Source: an uncultured Fibrobacteria bacterium (GTDB lineage: Bacteria; Fibrobacterota; Fibrobacteria; UBA11236). From it: a stretch of 64,000 nucleotides of DNA. The DNA lies in the NCBI GenBank assembly GCA_963716395.1, contig OY970309.1, forward strand, positions 3,552,001 to 3,616,000. Reading direction: 5' to 3'. Numbering within the stretch: the stretch's first letter is position 1; the number at the start of each line of letters is the position of its first letter. Both the position numbers and the translations under genes were made by a program. Under the pieces are notes generated by a model, which saw nothing but the letters and a program-made list of their open reading frames with translations, was not told the origin of the DNA and did no database searches. Shown one piece after another: positions 1 through 8,692 of this stretch.

Positions 1-817
1 TGCCCGAGGTATAGACCAAAGCTCCCGGCGCATCGCGTTCGATTTCCCGCGTATTGCGAACATGGTTTTCGTTCGGGTGCAATTTGAAAATCAACTTTCG
101 TCCCGCGGCGATCTGCACGCACTCGCGAATGAACCGCTTGCGGTTGTCGAATTTCCAGGTCTCGCGGGTGTCGGAAGTGCAGACCAGCACGTAATCGCGA
201 TGGGGAAAATCGTTCTGGTGATAGCGGGCGCAATCATCGAAGTTGGGGATGCCAGTGACCACGATGCGGTCGGCGGGCGCGCCCTTGCGGATGAACAGTT
301 CGCGGTATCGTTCGCTGGCCACACAGAAGCGGTCGTAAAGCCCGCTGGTACCGGTTCCCGAGGTTCCGGCCAGATACACCGGCAGAAAGGGAAACAATTT
401 TCGCAGGTGAAAGCCGAAGCCTTCGGGGTCGGTCATCCCTTCTTGCACCAGCACGACGCGATGTCCGCGGATGTTCTTGGGAACGATGAGATCCGAGGCG
501 GTGACCACCAGATCCCAGTCGCCGCTGCGGCCTTCCCAATCCAATTTGACACCGCGTGATTTCAGGAGTTCGAGGCTATCCTGACGCCACGAATGACCAA
601 GAATGGTCCATTCCACCAGCCGCAGCCGGCGCGCGGCCTCCAGGAAACCATCGCAATAATAGGGGGTGAAGTGGGCGTCGATATTGGGCAAGGCCGCAGC
701 CACAGCCAACATCTGCTTGGTTTGATTCACCGATCCGCCGATGAAAAGTACCCGGGGGGTAGCGCGCACGGCCTCGCTGGGAATATTCGCGAAGAGGGTG
801 GCTGTATTCATCCGCAT
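1..817 (-). CDS. Conserved hypothetical protein, possibly GT-B/glycerophosphotransferase-like (runs off the window start)
   Basis: Not in the ORF track. Manual translation from ATG 817 (SD GGGGAG) is open to position 1: MRMNTATLFANIP..RVLFIGGSVNQTKQM..LVQEGMTDPE..VVTGIPNFDD..LIFKLHPNEN. Confidence 0.7.
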   Translation of the reverse strand, partial: MRMNTATLFANIPSEAVRATPRVLFIGGSVNQTKQMLAVAAALPNIDAHFTPYYCDGFLEAARRLRLVEWTILGHSWRQDSLELLKSRGVKLDWEGRSGDWDLVVTASDLIVPKNIRGHRVVLVQEGMTDPEGFGFHLRKLFPFLPVYLAGTSGTGTSGLYDRFCVASERYRELFIRKGAPADRIVVTGIPNFDDCARYHQNDFPHRDYVLVCTSDTRETWKFDNRKRFIRECVQIAAGRKLIFKLHPNENHVRNTREIERDAPGALVYTSG

Positions 818-1090
818 ATCTCCCCGGAATTCTGCCGCGTCCGCATGGTTGAGGAAAAGGTAAAAGTAAAATGCGCCAGGTTGCGGACTGGGAGATTATC
901 CCGGAAGGTTTCGCTCAAGCTGGAGAGTCCCACTGGGATGAAGCAAAAAGCATCGGCGCCCGACACGCAGCGTTGTGAGCCGGCCAAAGGCGGGTCCGAA
1001 GGGTTATGTTTCCACACTTTGCAGCAAAAGCGAAATCTTCGGCAAGGTGAAGACCAAAAATGAACATCATCCTTCTTAAGAAGCCGGAAC

Positions 1091-1120
1091 TAGATAATTC
1101 TTTGCCCTGATTCCTGTCAA
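1091..1120 (-). promoter_or_regulatory. Putative sigma70 promoter for the leftward gene
   Basis: Perfect TTGACA at 1120-1115; weak -10 (TTATCT/TATCTA) at 17-18 nt spacing. Confidence 0.3.
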
Positions 1121-1139
1121 AAAATCGGCCTATCCTTCA

Positions 1140-1169
1140 CTACGGCAACTACTCCTACGGCAACTACTC
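1140..1169. repeat. 15-bp perfect tandem duplication CTACGGCAACTACTC x2
   Basis: Units at 1140-1154 and 1155-1169. Confidence 0.9.
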
Positions 1170-1391
1170 GGAAAAAAAACTTTGCGGCCAAAGGACAATC
1201 GATCGCATACGGCTGAGAGCGAGTTCATCCGACGTGGAAACCTGTAGTCGAACACTTCGTTTTCATACGGGCGGAGGCACTCCCTTAACCGCGCGTATGG
1301 GCGGGAACTCCACTGGAAACGTGCGTGCCGGTGAAATATCCGGTTTGGGGTGTTTGGGCTTCCGGCTTTATCATAAGTCATTCTGTGGCAT

Positions 1392-1421
1392 GCACTTAAA
1401 TTCAAAAAAAAGTGCTATACT
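1392..1421 (+). promoter_or_regulatory. Extended -10 promoter of the HU gene with overlapping inverted repeat
   Basis: TGcTATACT at 1413-1421, 15 nt before the ATG; IR GCACTT-N12-AAGTGC at 1392-1415. Confidence 0.55.
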
Positions 1422-1436
1422 CTGGTCGCGCCAACC

Positions 1437-1745
1437 ATGGGTAACGTCACCAAAAAAGATATAGTCGACGCCATCGCGGCGCGAACCGGCTTGACCCAGG
1501 TCGACACCAAGATCATTGTCGAGTGTTTTCTCGACTCCATCGCCAAATCGCTGCGCGAAGGCAAGAACATTGAAATCCGCGGCTTCGGGCGCTTCAAGGT
1601 GAAAGAGAAAAAGGCCCGTCTGGCCCGCAATCCGCGCACCGGCGATACCGTGCAAATCGAAGCCGGATTCAAACCGATCTTCGAAGCCAGCAAGGAATTA
1701 AAAGGCCTGTTGAACGACGGCGATTCCACCGCCCGCTCGCAATAG
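1437..1745 (+). CDS. HU/IHF family DNA-binding protein
   Basis: TKKDIVDAIA..IEIRGFGRFKVKEKKARLARNPRTG..PIFEASKELK signature. Confidence 0.95.
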   Translation: MGNVTKKDIVDAIAARTGLTQVDTKIIVECFLDSIAKSLREGKNIEIRGFGRFKVKEKKARLARNPRTGDTVQIEAGFKPIFEASKELKGLLNDGDSTARSQ

Positions 1746-1747
1746 TC

Positions 1748-1790
1748 GCCGCCCGCGGTTGGCGCAGCCACCGCGCCGCTTCCGGGCGGC
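1748..1790 (+). other. GC-rich intergenic stem-loop between HU and smpB, no U-tract
   Basis: GCCGCCCG 1748-1755 pairs with CGGGCGGC 1783-1790; inner GCGGT-TGGC/GCCA-CCGC stem. Confidence 0.5.
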
Positions 1791-1836
1791 TCGCGGCACC
1801 GTCATCGGATTGCGATAGGTTCTAAATTCACCGCCA

Positions 1837-2289
1837 ATGGGATTGATCACGGTCGAGAACCGCAAAGCGCGCCACGAATACCATGTTCTGGAAACCTTTG
1901 AAACCGGCATCGCGCTGCGGGGTACCGAAGTCAAGTCGGTGCGCATGGGCAAGCTCTCCTTGACCGAATCCTTCGTGGCCGTGCGCGGCAGCGAGCTTTT
2001 CCTGGTCAATGCGCATATCGACGAATACACCAAAGGCAACATTTTCAACCATCCGCCCCGCCGCGAGCGCAAATTGCTGGCGCATCGCAAGGAGATTTTG
2101 GAAATGGAGGAGGCGGTGACGCGTAAAGGCATGACCCTGATTCCGCTCAAAGCCTATTTCAAAGGCGACGTGCTCAAGGTGCTGGTCGCGATTTGCAAGG
2201 GCAAAGCCGCCCACGACAAACGCGCCGACAAAGCCAAACAGGAGGCGCAACGGGAAATCGCCCGGGCGTTGCGGGCCCAAAACCGGTGA
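1837..2289 (+). CDS. smpB: SsrA-binding protein
   Basis: NRKARHEY..GIALRGTEVKS..RERKLLAHRKEI..KGKAAHDKR. Confidence 0.97.
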   Translation: MGLITVENRKARHEYHVLETFETGIALRGTEVKSVRMGKLSLTESFVAVRGSELFLVNAHIDEYTKGNIFNHPPRRERKLLAHRKEILEMEEAVTRKGMTLIPLKAYFKGDVLKVLVAICKGKAAHDKRADKAKQEAQREIARALRAQNR

Positions 2290-3785
2290 AGTGGATTCGC
2301 AGTTTACGTCTGACGCTGGGCGCGGCATGCCTGTTCGGCGGGTGGCCCGCCGCGGCCATGACTTTCGGCCCATTGCATTCGGGTTCGGTGTCTTTTGCCG
2401 GCGGCGATTTCACCGACACGGTTTTCGCGGGTCAAGCCTACGTTTCCACGGCCTTGCTCGACAGCCTGTTCGGAGGCTCGGAACTTTGGCATCCGGCCTT
2501 GCAGCAACTGGAGTTGCGCGATGCCCACGGCCGGGTCTGGCTCATCACCCTGGGAAATCCCTTCATCTCCATCGCGGGCAAGCTCTTCAACCTCACCGAT
2601 CCCGTGCAGCGCGGGCCGGAAACGATCTATCTGCCGCTGGCACCGCTGCAACGGTTGCTGCGCGTGCGCTTCGGCATCGACTGGAAGGCCGCCGACGAAA
2701 CTTCGGCCGCAAGCCGAGAGCCCACGGGCGACATCATCGGCATCGAAATCGGAAAAAGGAACGGCGGGGCCTGGGTGTGGGTGCAAACCACATCGCCTTT
2801 GCGCTGGGAAGGGATTTCCACCGATTCGCAATACCTGCTGAAACTGCGGGGGGCCGCCTTGGCCCCGGATTGCCCGCGCCAGGTGGCGGGGTCTGGTTTT
2901 GTGACCAGCGTCACGGCATTGCAGGAAATGGATGCCGTGCAATTCTCCCTGGGCACGGACTCGGCGGTGGATTCGGTGGAAACGGTCCGGGAACCGAATC
3001 GTTGGGGGTTTCATCTGATCGCAGCCATGCCGCCAGCTCCGGAAACCGCCGCGGCCGCGGTGCGTCTGCCCGATCGCCATTCCCGCGAAACGCCCACGGT
3101 CATTCTCGATCCCGGACATGGCGGCAAGGATCGGGGGGCCTCATACCACGGCGTGGAAGAAGCCGTGATCACTTTGGCCGTGGCCAAAGACCTGCAAAAA
3201 GACCTGCAAGACCAGGGCTATCGCGTGCTTTTGACCCGCGACGATGACACGTATAAAACCCTGGCGGAAAGGCCGAAGTTCGCGTCGGACCACCATGGCG
3301 ACCTTTTCCTGAGCCTGCATTGCAATTCGTTGCCCGGCCCGCCGAGCCGCTTTCAATCGGTCTCGGGGTCCACGGTGTACATCCTGCGCGCCGGCGCCAG
3401 CGACGAAGACAAGGCCCTGGCCCGGCGCGAAAACCAGGCGGTCGAAGAGGAGAGCGGTAAAGCCGACAAAACCGATATTTCGCCGGTGGACTGGATTCTA
3501 CTGGAGCATCAATTGAACCTCTACAGCAAACAAAGCGAAGCGCTGGCCGAGTCCATCGTGCACAGCTTTCAGGGCTTTGAAATCCCCAAGTATTCCACGG
3601 GCGCGCGCCAAGCCGGGTTCTTCGTGCTGGTCGGAGCCTATATGCCCGCGGCCTTGTTCGAAATGGGATTTCTCACCAACAACCACGATCGCCGCATTCT
3701 GAATTCCGCCTCGGGTCAACACGCCATCGCCCGTCGGTTGGCCGCGGCCATCGAACGCTTTCTGCCGGACCAGGCGGAGAAATAA
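2286..3785 (+). CDS. N-acetylmuramoyl-L-alanine amidase (Amidase_3) with signal peptide
   Basis: GTG overlaps the smpB TGA; VILDPGHGGKD, E..ITL, FLSLHCNS, PAALFEMGFLTN. Confidence 0.92.
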   Translation: MKWIRSLRLTLGAACLFGGWPAAAMTFGPLHSGSVSFAGGDFTDTVFAGQAYVSTALLDSLFGGSELWHPALQQLELRDAHGRVWLITLGNPFISIAGKLFNLTDPVQRGPETIYLPLAPLQRLLRVRFGIDWKAADETSAASREPTGDIIGIEIGKRNGGAWVWVQTTSPLRWEGISTDSQYLLKLRGAALAPDCPRQVAGSGFVTSVTALQEMDAVQFSLGTDSAVDSVETVREPNRWGFHLIAAMPPAPETAAAAVRLPDRHSRETPTVILDPGHGGKDRGASYHGVEEAVITLAVAKDLQKDLQDQGYRVLLTRDDDTYKTLAERPKFASDHHGDLFLSLHCNSLPGPPSRFQSVSGSTVYILRAGASDEDKALARRENQAVEEESGKADKTDISPVDWILLEHQLNLYSKQSEALAESIVHSFQGFEIPKYSTGARQAGFFVLVGAYMPAALFEMGFLTNNHDRRILNSASGQHAIARRLAAAIERFLPDQAEK

Positions 3786-3814
3786 GGCCGAACCCGTTGC
3801 GCGCGGCCGCCCTT

Positions 3815-4459
3815 TTATGCCGGCGGCACGGGAAAGCCTTGCGCGCCCAGCAAGGGCACGAAGCGGCAGTCCCCCAAGTCGGATTCAATAAATTTGTCAC
3901 CGTGACGCTCGACACAAAATAGACGCTGCAAGTCGCGGCCGCCCGAGGGAATCACCAATCGGCCGCCGTCGGCGAGCTGGCGCTTCAACGACTCCGACAC
4001 CGCCGGTGCGCCGGCCGCCACTAGAATGCGATCGAAAGGGGCCCAGCTTTCCCAGCCGGCGCTGCCGTCTCCGATTTTATAAATCACGTTGCGATAACCG
4101 AGTTGTTCGAGCAGGGCCTGGGCCCGGCGGGACAAGGCGGCGATGCGTTCCACCGTGTAGAGTCGCGGCGTATATTCGGCCAGCACGGCGGTTTGATAGC
4201 CCGAGCCCGTGCCGATCTCGAGGATTTTGTCGCCGGAGCGTGGCGCCAGGGCATGGGTCATCATGGCCACGATGGTGGGCTGGGAAATGGTTTGATCCAG
4301 GCCGATGGGAAGCGCCGTGTCTTGATAGGCTTTGTCGCGCAAGGCCGAATCGAGAAACAGATGCCGCGGAATATCCTGCAAAATACGGCGCAAAGTGGCG
4401 TCTTCGATGCCCAGGCGCTGGAAGACGCCTGCGACCATGTCGTGGCGCCCGCGGCTCAT
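3815..4459 (-). CDS. pcm: Protein-L-isoaspartate O-methyltransferase
   Basis: IPRHLF, QTISQP, LEIGTGSGYQTA, GDGSAGW..APFDRI, CRFVPL; ATG 4459 overlaps the upstream stop. Confidence 0.95.
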   Translation of the reverse strand: MSRGRHDMVAGVFQRLGIEDATLRRILQDIPRHLFLDSALRDKAYQDTALPIGLDQTISQPTIVAMMTHALAPRSGDKILEIGTGSGYQTAVLAEYTPRLYTVERIAALSRRAQALLEQLGYRNVIYKIGDGSAGWESWAPFDRILVAAGAPAVSESLKRQLADGGRLVIPSGGRDLQRLFCVERHGDKFIESDLGDCRFVPLLGAQGFPVPPA

Positions 4460-5148
4460 CGCGTCCATGCCGTGCTCCGCAGCATGCGCATAAAGCGCCA
4501 GGTGTCGCGGTAAAGGCGCATGTGGCTGCCGCCTCCGGTATACACGGTTTGCACCGATACCGCGGCGATGGCATGGCCGCCGCGGCCGCACAGCACCAGA
4601 GCCTGCGCCTCCCATTCGAACCGGCCTTCGCGCGCATAGGCGGGAAGCAAATCGGTGCGATAGGCGCGCAGGCCGCATTGGGCATCGAAAACCGGCCGGC
4701 CCGCGGCGCGCGACACCAGCCACGTGCTGCACGCATTGCTGAAGCGCCGGTGCCAGGGCATGGCGGTACCGCGCCGGGCACGCCGGCCCACCACGATCCC
4801 GGCCTCCGGACCGGGTGCGAAATCCAGAAAGCGATCCAAATCAGCACCGGTATGCTGGCCATCGGCGTCGGCCGTCAACGCCCATTCCCATCCCGCCGCC
4901 CGGCCGTGCAACATTCCCGTCATCAAAGCCGCCCCCTTGCCCCGGTTGCCCGCATGCCGCAGACAAACCACGCCGTGGGATTCGGCCGCGGCCGCCGTGC
5001 CATCGGTGGAACCGTCGTCCACCACCACGATTTTTTCTTTGGGAACCCGGCGCGCCAGATCCTGGAGCACCGCGGGCAGGGTGCGCGCGGCTTGAAAGGC
5101 CGGAATCACCAGGCCCGGCGCCGTGGCTTTCAAGGGAATCGCGTGCAT
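4456..5148 (-). CDS. GT2 glycosyltransferase (DPM-synthase-like)
   Basis: LVIPAF, VVDDGSTDGT, NRGKGAAL, TADADGQH, DAQCGLRAY. Confidence 0.9.
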   Translation of the reverse strand: MHAIPLKATAPGLVIPAFQAARTLPAVLQDLARRVPKEKIVVVDDGSTDGTAAAAESHGVVCLRHAGNRGKGAALMTGMLHGRAAGWEWALTADADGQHTGADLDRFLDFAPGPEAGIVVGRRARRGTAMPWHRRFSNACSTWLVSRAAGRPVFDAQCGLRAYRTDLLPAYAREGRFEWEAQALVLCGRGGHAIAAVSVQTVYTGGGSHMRLYRDTWRFMRMLRSTAWTR

Positions 5149-5223
5149 AACAGCAGGCAGGAAATGTAGCTCGCGTTTCGCGGCCACGGCGCTTTTGGCG
5201 GAGGCGCTGAAGGCGGTGCTACA

Positions 5224-6828
5224 ATGGAATCCATGCGCAGCTTCCGCCGGATCCTGTGGGCAGCCTGCATCGGCTGTACGGCCTGTTCGTTGCAATTCGA
5301 CAATCCCGAACAGGCGACCGAACAAAAAATATCCACGGTTTTTCCCCTGTCGTTTCCGGCCCTGAGCGGCCGCTGGGTCGCTGACAGCACCTATACCCTG
5401 TCGGACACGCGCGCCACCCAACTCGGTGACGGCAATGTGGTGCTGGAGTTCCGGCCCGATTCGACTTTCTGGGCGCAGGACAGCGGCGGAAGCATTTTTC
5501 CGGCGCCGCGCTTCGGCGCTTTCCACCTGCTCGGCGACAGCCTGCTCCTGCATCCGGATTCGGGATCGGCCTATGCCGCCCAGGCCACCCTGCGCTTCCT
5601 GGGAAATTACCTGGAACTCTATCTGCCGCAACAGCAGCGTTACGTGGAATTCCACAAGCTGAAACCGCCCGATACCCTGGCTCTTTCCGCCTGGCTGGAA
5701 AACCGGCTCTGGCTGGTCGTCGCGCGCGAAGCGGGTTCGGGCGGGGTGCAACCCGAATCGCTGCGCACCGATTTCGACTACGCGGTTTTTCACGGAGATT
5801 CGCTGCGCTGGTTGTATGACCATCATGGCTTGCCCCACTCCGACAGCGAACTCTTCACCGTGGATAGCAATGTCTTCGGATACACATTGCAGTCCGCCGC
5901 CTCCGGTTCCTCCTGGCTTTTGCAATGGGTGCAGGCGGATACCCTGCGGCTTTGGCCTTTGCATTCCGGCCAACCCGACTCGGGGTTTTTGCAATGCGCC
6001 GCCTACGCACATCCGCATCCGTTCGACCTGAACTGCGCTTTTCTGACCCGCTATTGGCGGGGCGACAGCCTCTATCGCGACGGCGGTTGGCAGGCCTTTC
6101 AGTACGGATATTATTACGACCTCGGCTGGGACACGGCGCATCGCGTGGCCGCCACCACCAACACCACGGATCTTCCGCGTTTCCGGGCCTGGGACATCGA
6201 TTCGGGCCGCCTGCTTTTGTCCGACTCCGTCTCGACCCAAGCCTTCGTGCTCGACAGCAGCGACACGTCACACTTTTATATTCATAGCGTAACGACTCCA
6301 TCGGATTTGGAATTGCGGCGTTACGGCTTTACGGCCGTGGATTCGGCGCAGGTGAATGCCGATCCCATTTTCCGCTTCACCACCGCGCCCTATGCCCGCG
6401 TGGCCCTGGGCGGCGACACCCTGGCCTATTACTGGTTCGACGACTATGCCCGCACCGACCTGCCCGCCTCCCGCTTCGAGGTGTTCGGAATTTTCGCCCG
6501 CGACACCCTGTCGCTGATCGCGCAATGGCCCGAAGGTCCGCAAACCTTTTCCTCCGCCCTGGCGGGCTTTCGCTTCGCCTTTGCCGGCCGCAATGACACG
6601 CTGGGGCGTTTCATCTGCCAGGCGGATTCCTCAGCGCCGTTCGCCTTGCGGCTGCTGACCAGCACGGAGACTCGCCTCGTTCCCGGGAATTTTCAAGGGA
6701 GTTGCAAGGTCACCCAAGCCGAGCGCGCTGCGGGCGTGCCCGCCGATTCTTTGCTCCCGGTTTCCGGGGATTTTCGCTTCGTAGTCTCCAGTCCCGAACC
6801 TTTGCAATCCCCCTTATGGCAGCCGTGA
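5224..6828 (+). CDS. Hypothetical lipoprotein with repeated beta-rich modules
   Basis: 534-aa ORF; N-terminal basic/hydrophobic signal ending CTAC; recurring L-x-G/R-x-W motifs. Confidence 0.75.
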   Translation: MESMRSFRRILWAACIGCTACSLQFDNPEQATEQKISTVFPLSFPALSGRWVADSTYTLSDTRATQLGDGNVVLEFRPDSTFWAQDSGGSIFPAPRFGAFHLLGDSLLLHPDSGSAYAAQATLRFLGNYLELYLPQQQRYVEFHKLKPPDTLALSAWLENRLWLVVAREAGSGGVQPESLRTDFDYAVFHGDSLRWLYDHHGLPHSDSELFTVDSNVFGYTLQSAASGSSWLLQWVQADTLRLWPLHSGQPDSGFLQCAAYAHPHPFDLNCAFLTRYWRGDSLYRDGGWQAFQYGYYYDLGWDTAHRVAATTNTTDLPRFRAWDIDSGRLLLSDSVSTQAFVLDSSDTSHFYIHSVTTPSDLELRRYGFTAVDSAQVNADPIFRFTTAPYARVALGGDTLAYYWFDDYARTDLPASRFEVFGIFARDTLSLIAQWPEGPQTFSSALAGFRFAFAGRNDTLGRFICQADSSAPFALRLLTSTETRLVPGNFQGSCKVTQAERAAGVPADSLLPVSGDFRFVVSSPEPLQSPLWQP

Positions 6829-7734
6829 ACGGGAGCGAGATTTCGGACCGGCCTCCGCTGTCCCTCGTCATCCCCACCTTGGGCCGCACCGAAATTTTAT
6901 GGAACACCGTGCGACAATTGCGGCCCCAATTGCGCGGTTCGGATGAAATCGTGATCGTCGATCAAAACCGGCCGCCGCTGCGACCGCCTCCCGACGTGAT
7001 CGACGCTTCCTTTCGGCATCTGACCCAAGCTACGGCTTCGCTGACACGCGCCCGCAACCGCGGGCTCGACGCCGCCCGCCATGACCGCGTGATCTTTCTC
7101 GATGACGACATCGAGCCGCGCCCGGATCTGCTGCAAAACTTTTCCCAGGCCGCCGACCGTGCATCCGCAGCGTCTGCTGACCGGCCGTATCGAACAGGAG
7201 GAGTGTGATCCCCGGCTCGACGGTGTGGGCTTCGTCGATCGCGACTCGGGAGAAATCCGCACCGATTACACCAAAGCCATTCGCGGCCCGGTGCCCTTTT
7301 TCCCCGGCGGGCTGGTGCTAATGCGCAAATCCGAGCTTGCAGGCCTGCGATTTTGCCCGAAGTTTCGTGGCGCGGCCCAAGGCGAAGAAATCGATTTTGC
7401 CCTGCGCTGCGCGCAGCGCGGGCTGGAGGTGATTTCCGATCCGGAAATCGGCATACGCCATCTCAAAGCGTCCACCGGGGGCTGCCGCAGCGAAACCTGG
7501 CAACGCCGCTTCTTTGTGGATGAAGTATTCAACCGTTCCCTGTTCTATGGCCGGCATGGGCATTGGCGGCGCCTGCAAAAATTTCTGATGCGCCTCAAGG
7601 GGTTTTGCGAATTTCACACGCGCGGCGCAAGGGGCCGTCGCTGGGGCCTGCTGCTGCGATCGGCCCTGGCTTTAGCGTCGGGGTTTTTGACCGGGGCCCG
7701 TCTACGCGTTCACGACGCCGTGGCGGGCCGATGA
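6825..7734 (+). pseudogene. GT2 glycosyltransferase with a +1 frameshift near 7140-7161 (possible sequencing error)
   Basis: LSLVIPTLGR, VIVDQ, ARNRG, IFLDDD in one frame continue as GEEIDFALR..HLKASTGGCR in the next; GTG overlaps the upstream TGA. Confidence 0.75.
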
Positions 7735-7755
7735 TCTGACCTCGCAGCGACCGCT

Positions 7756-8616
7756 TCATGCAATGCGGTCGAGCCCATACTTGCCGTGATCCAAAACCAA
7801 GGCCGCGGGAAAGGCGTCGAGTGGCAAACGGCCTTCGCGTTCGAGCCGGCGCAGCGCGGCTTCGGGGCCACCGCAAGCGGTCGCATGGTGTTCCGCGATC
7901 AGGGCGGCCGACTCGCGGCCGCGGGTCAAGGTTTTGTGCCGGGCCCCGGAAGCCGCGAATTCTTCCAGGCGCGCGCGCCAGGTGGGATCGATGAAATGGG
8001 GGCGGTACTTCACCTGTGGAAAGGCCCGGGCAATCACCCGAAAGGCCGCGAGATTTTCGCGGCTATCGTCATAAAACGCGATGTCATTATAACCGCGTCC
8101 CACCAGATCTTGCGCCAAAACCAACGCCTTGCGCTCGGGGATACGCAGTTCCCCAAAAGTCCGGCCGCGATACGGGCCGGGCAAGGCGAAGCCCGACTTG
8201 TGGCGCAGAAAACGCGCGTCGGAGAGATTGAAAATCAGGGAGTTGCGCAGGCGTACGCCGAACAGGCCCGCGAACAGGCGGATGAGGAAAGGCGCATGCA
8301 GACGCTTGTCGCCGCGCGCCGTCAGCACCGCGAACTCGCTGCGGGTGCCGCGTCGCCGCAAGGTTTCGATGATGGCCGCGGTATATTTCACCACGGTGCC
8401 GCGCGCCAGAATTCCCACGTCGGAAAAATCGTCGAAGCCGAAGGCTTCTCCCGACCGCAGGACATAACCGGTGAACTCGGCCGGAGTTAACACCCGGGTT
8501 TCGCGGCCGGCGGCATCGAAAACCCGCACCTTGGCGTCGGTGCGCATCAAGGTGTCGTCGAGGTCAAAAACGTGTATGCTCTTGCGCGCCGGCGGGTCTG
8601 TGCGTTCGCTCGACAT
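7756..8616 (-). CDS. HAD-superfamily hydrolase-like protein
   Basis: Motif I FDLDDTL, motif II LTARG, motif III K (ERKAL), motif IV FYDDSRENL. Confidence 0.8.
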   Translation of the reverse strand: MSSERTDPPARKSIHVFDLDDTLMRTDAKVRVFDAAGRETRVLTPAEFTGYVLRSGEAFGFDDFSDVGILARGTVVKYTAAIIETLRRRGTRSEFAVLTARGDKRLHAPFLIRLFAGLFGVRLRNSLIFNLSDARFLRHKSGFALPGPYRGRTFGELRIPERKALVLAQDLVGRGYNDIAFYDDSRENLAAFRVIARAFPQVKYRPHFIDPTWRARLEEFAASGARHKTLTRGRESAALIAEHHATACGGPEAALRRLEREGRLPLDAFPAALVLDHGKYGLDRIA

Positions 8617-8692
8617 GGAAACAGAGAACTTAAATTAACGCCATGCGTTCCGCTCCCCGTTCGGCCTTGGGACCGGAATTCCGCCCGAGCCG

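Noticed and set aside
1140-1200. Possible c-di-GMP-I riboswitch or CRISPR repeat
   Set aside because: Lacks the GGCAAA..GAAA P2 stem; only two adjacent repeats with no spacers. No CRISPR array was seen anywhere in the window
1386-1399. Sigma54-like TGGCATGCACTTAA
   Set aside because: The -12 GC is absent; the extended -10 explains the HU promoter better
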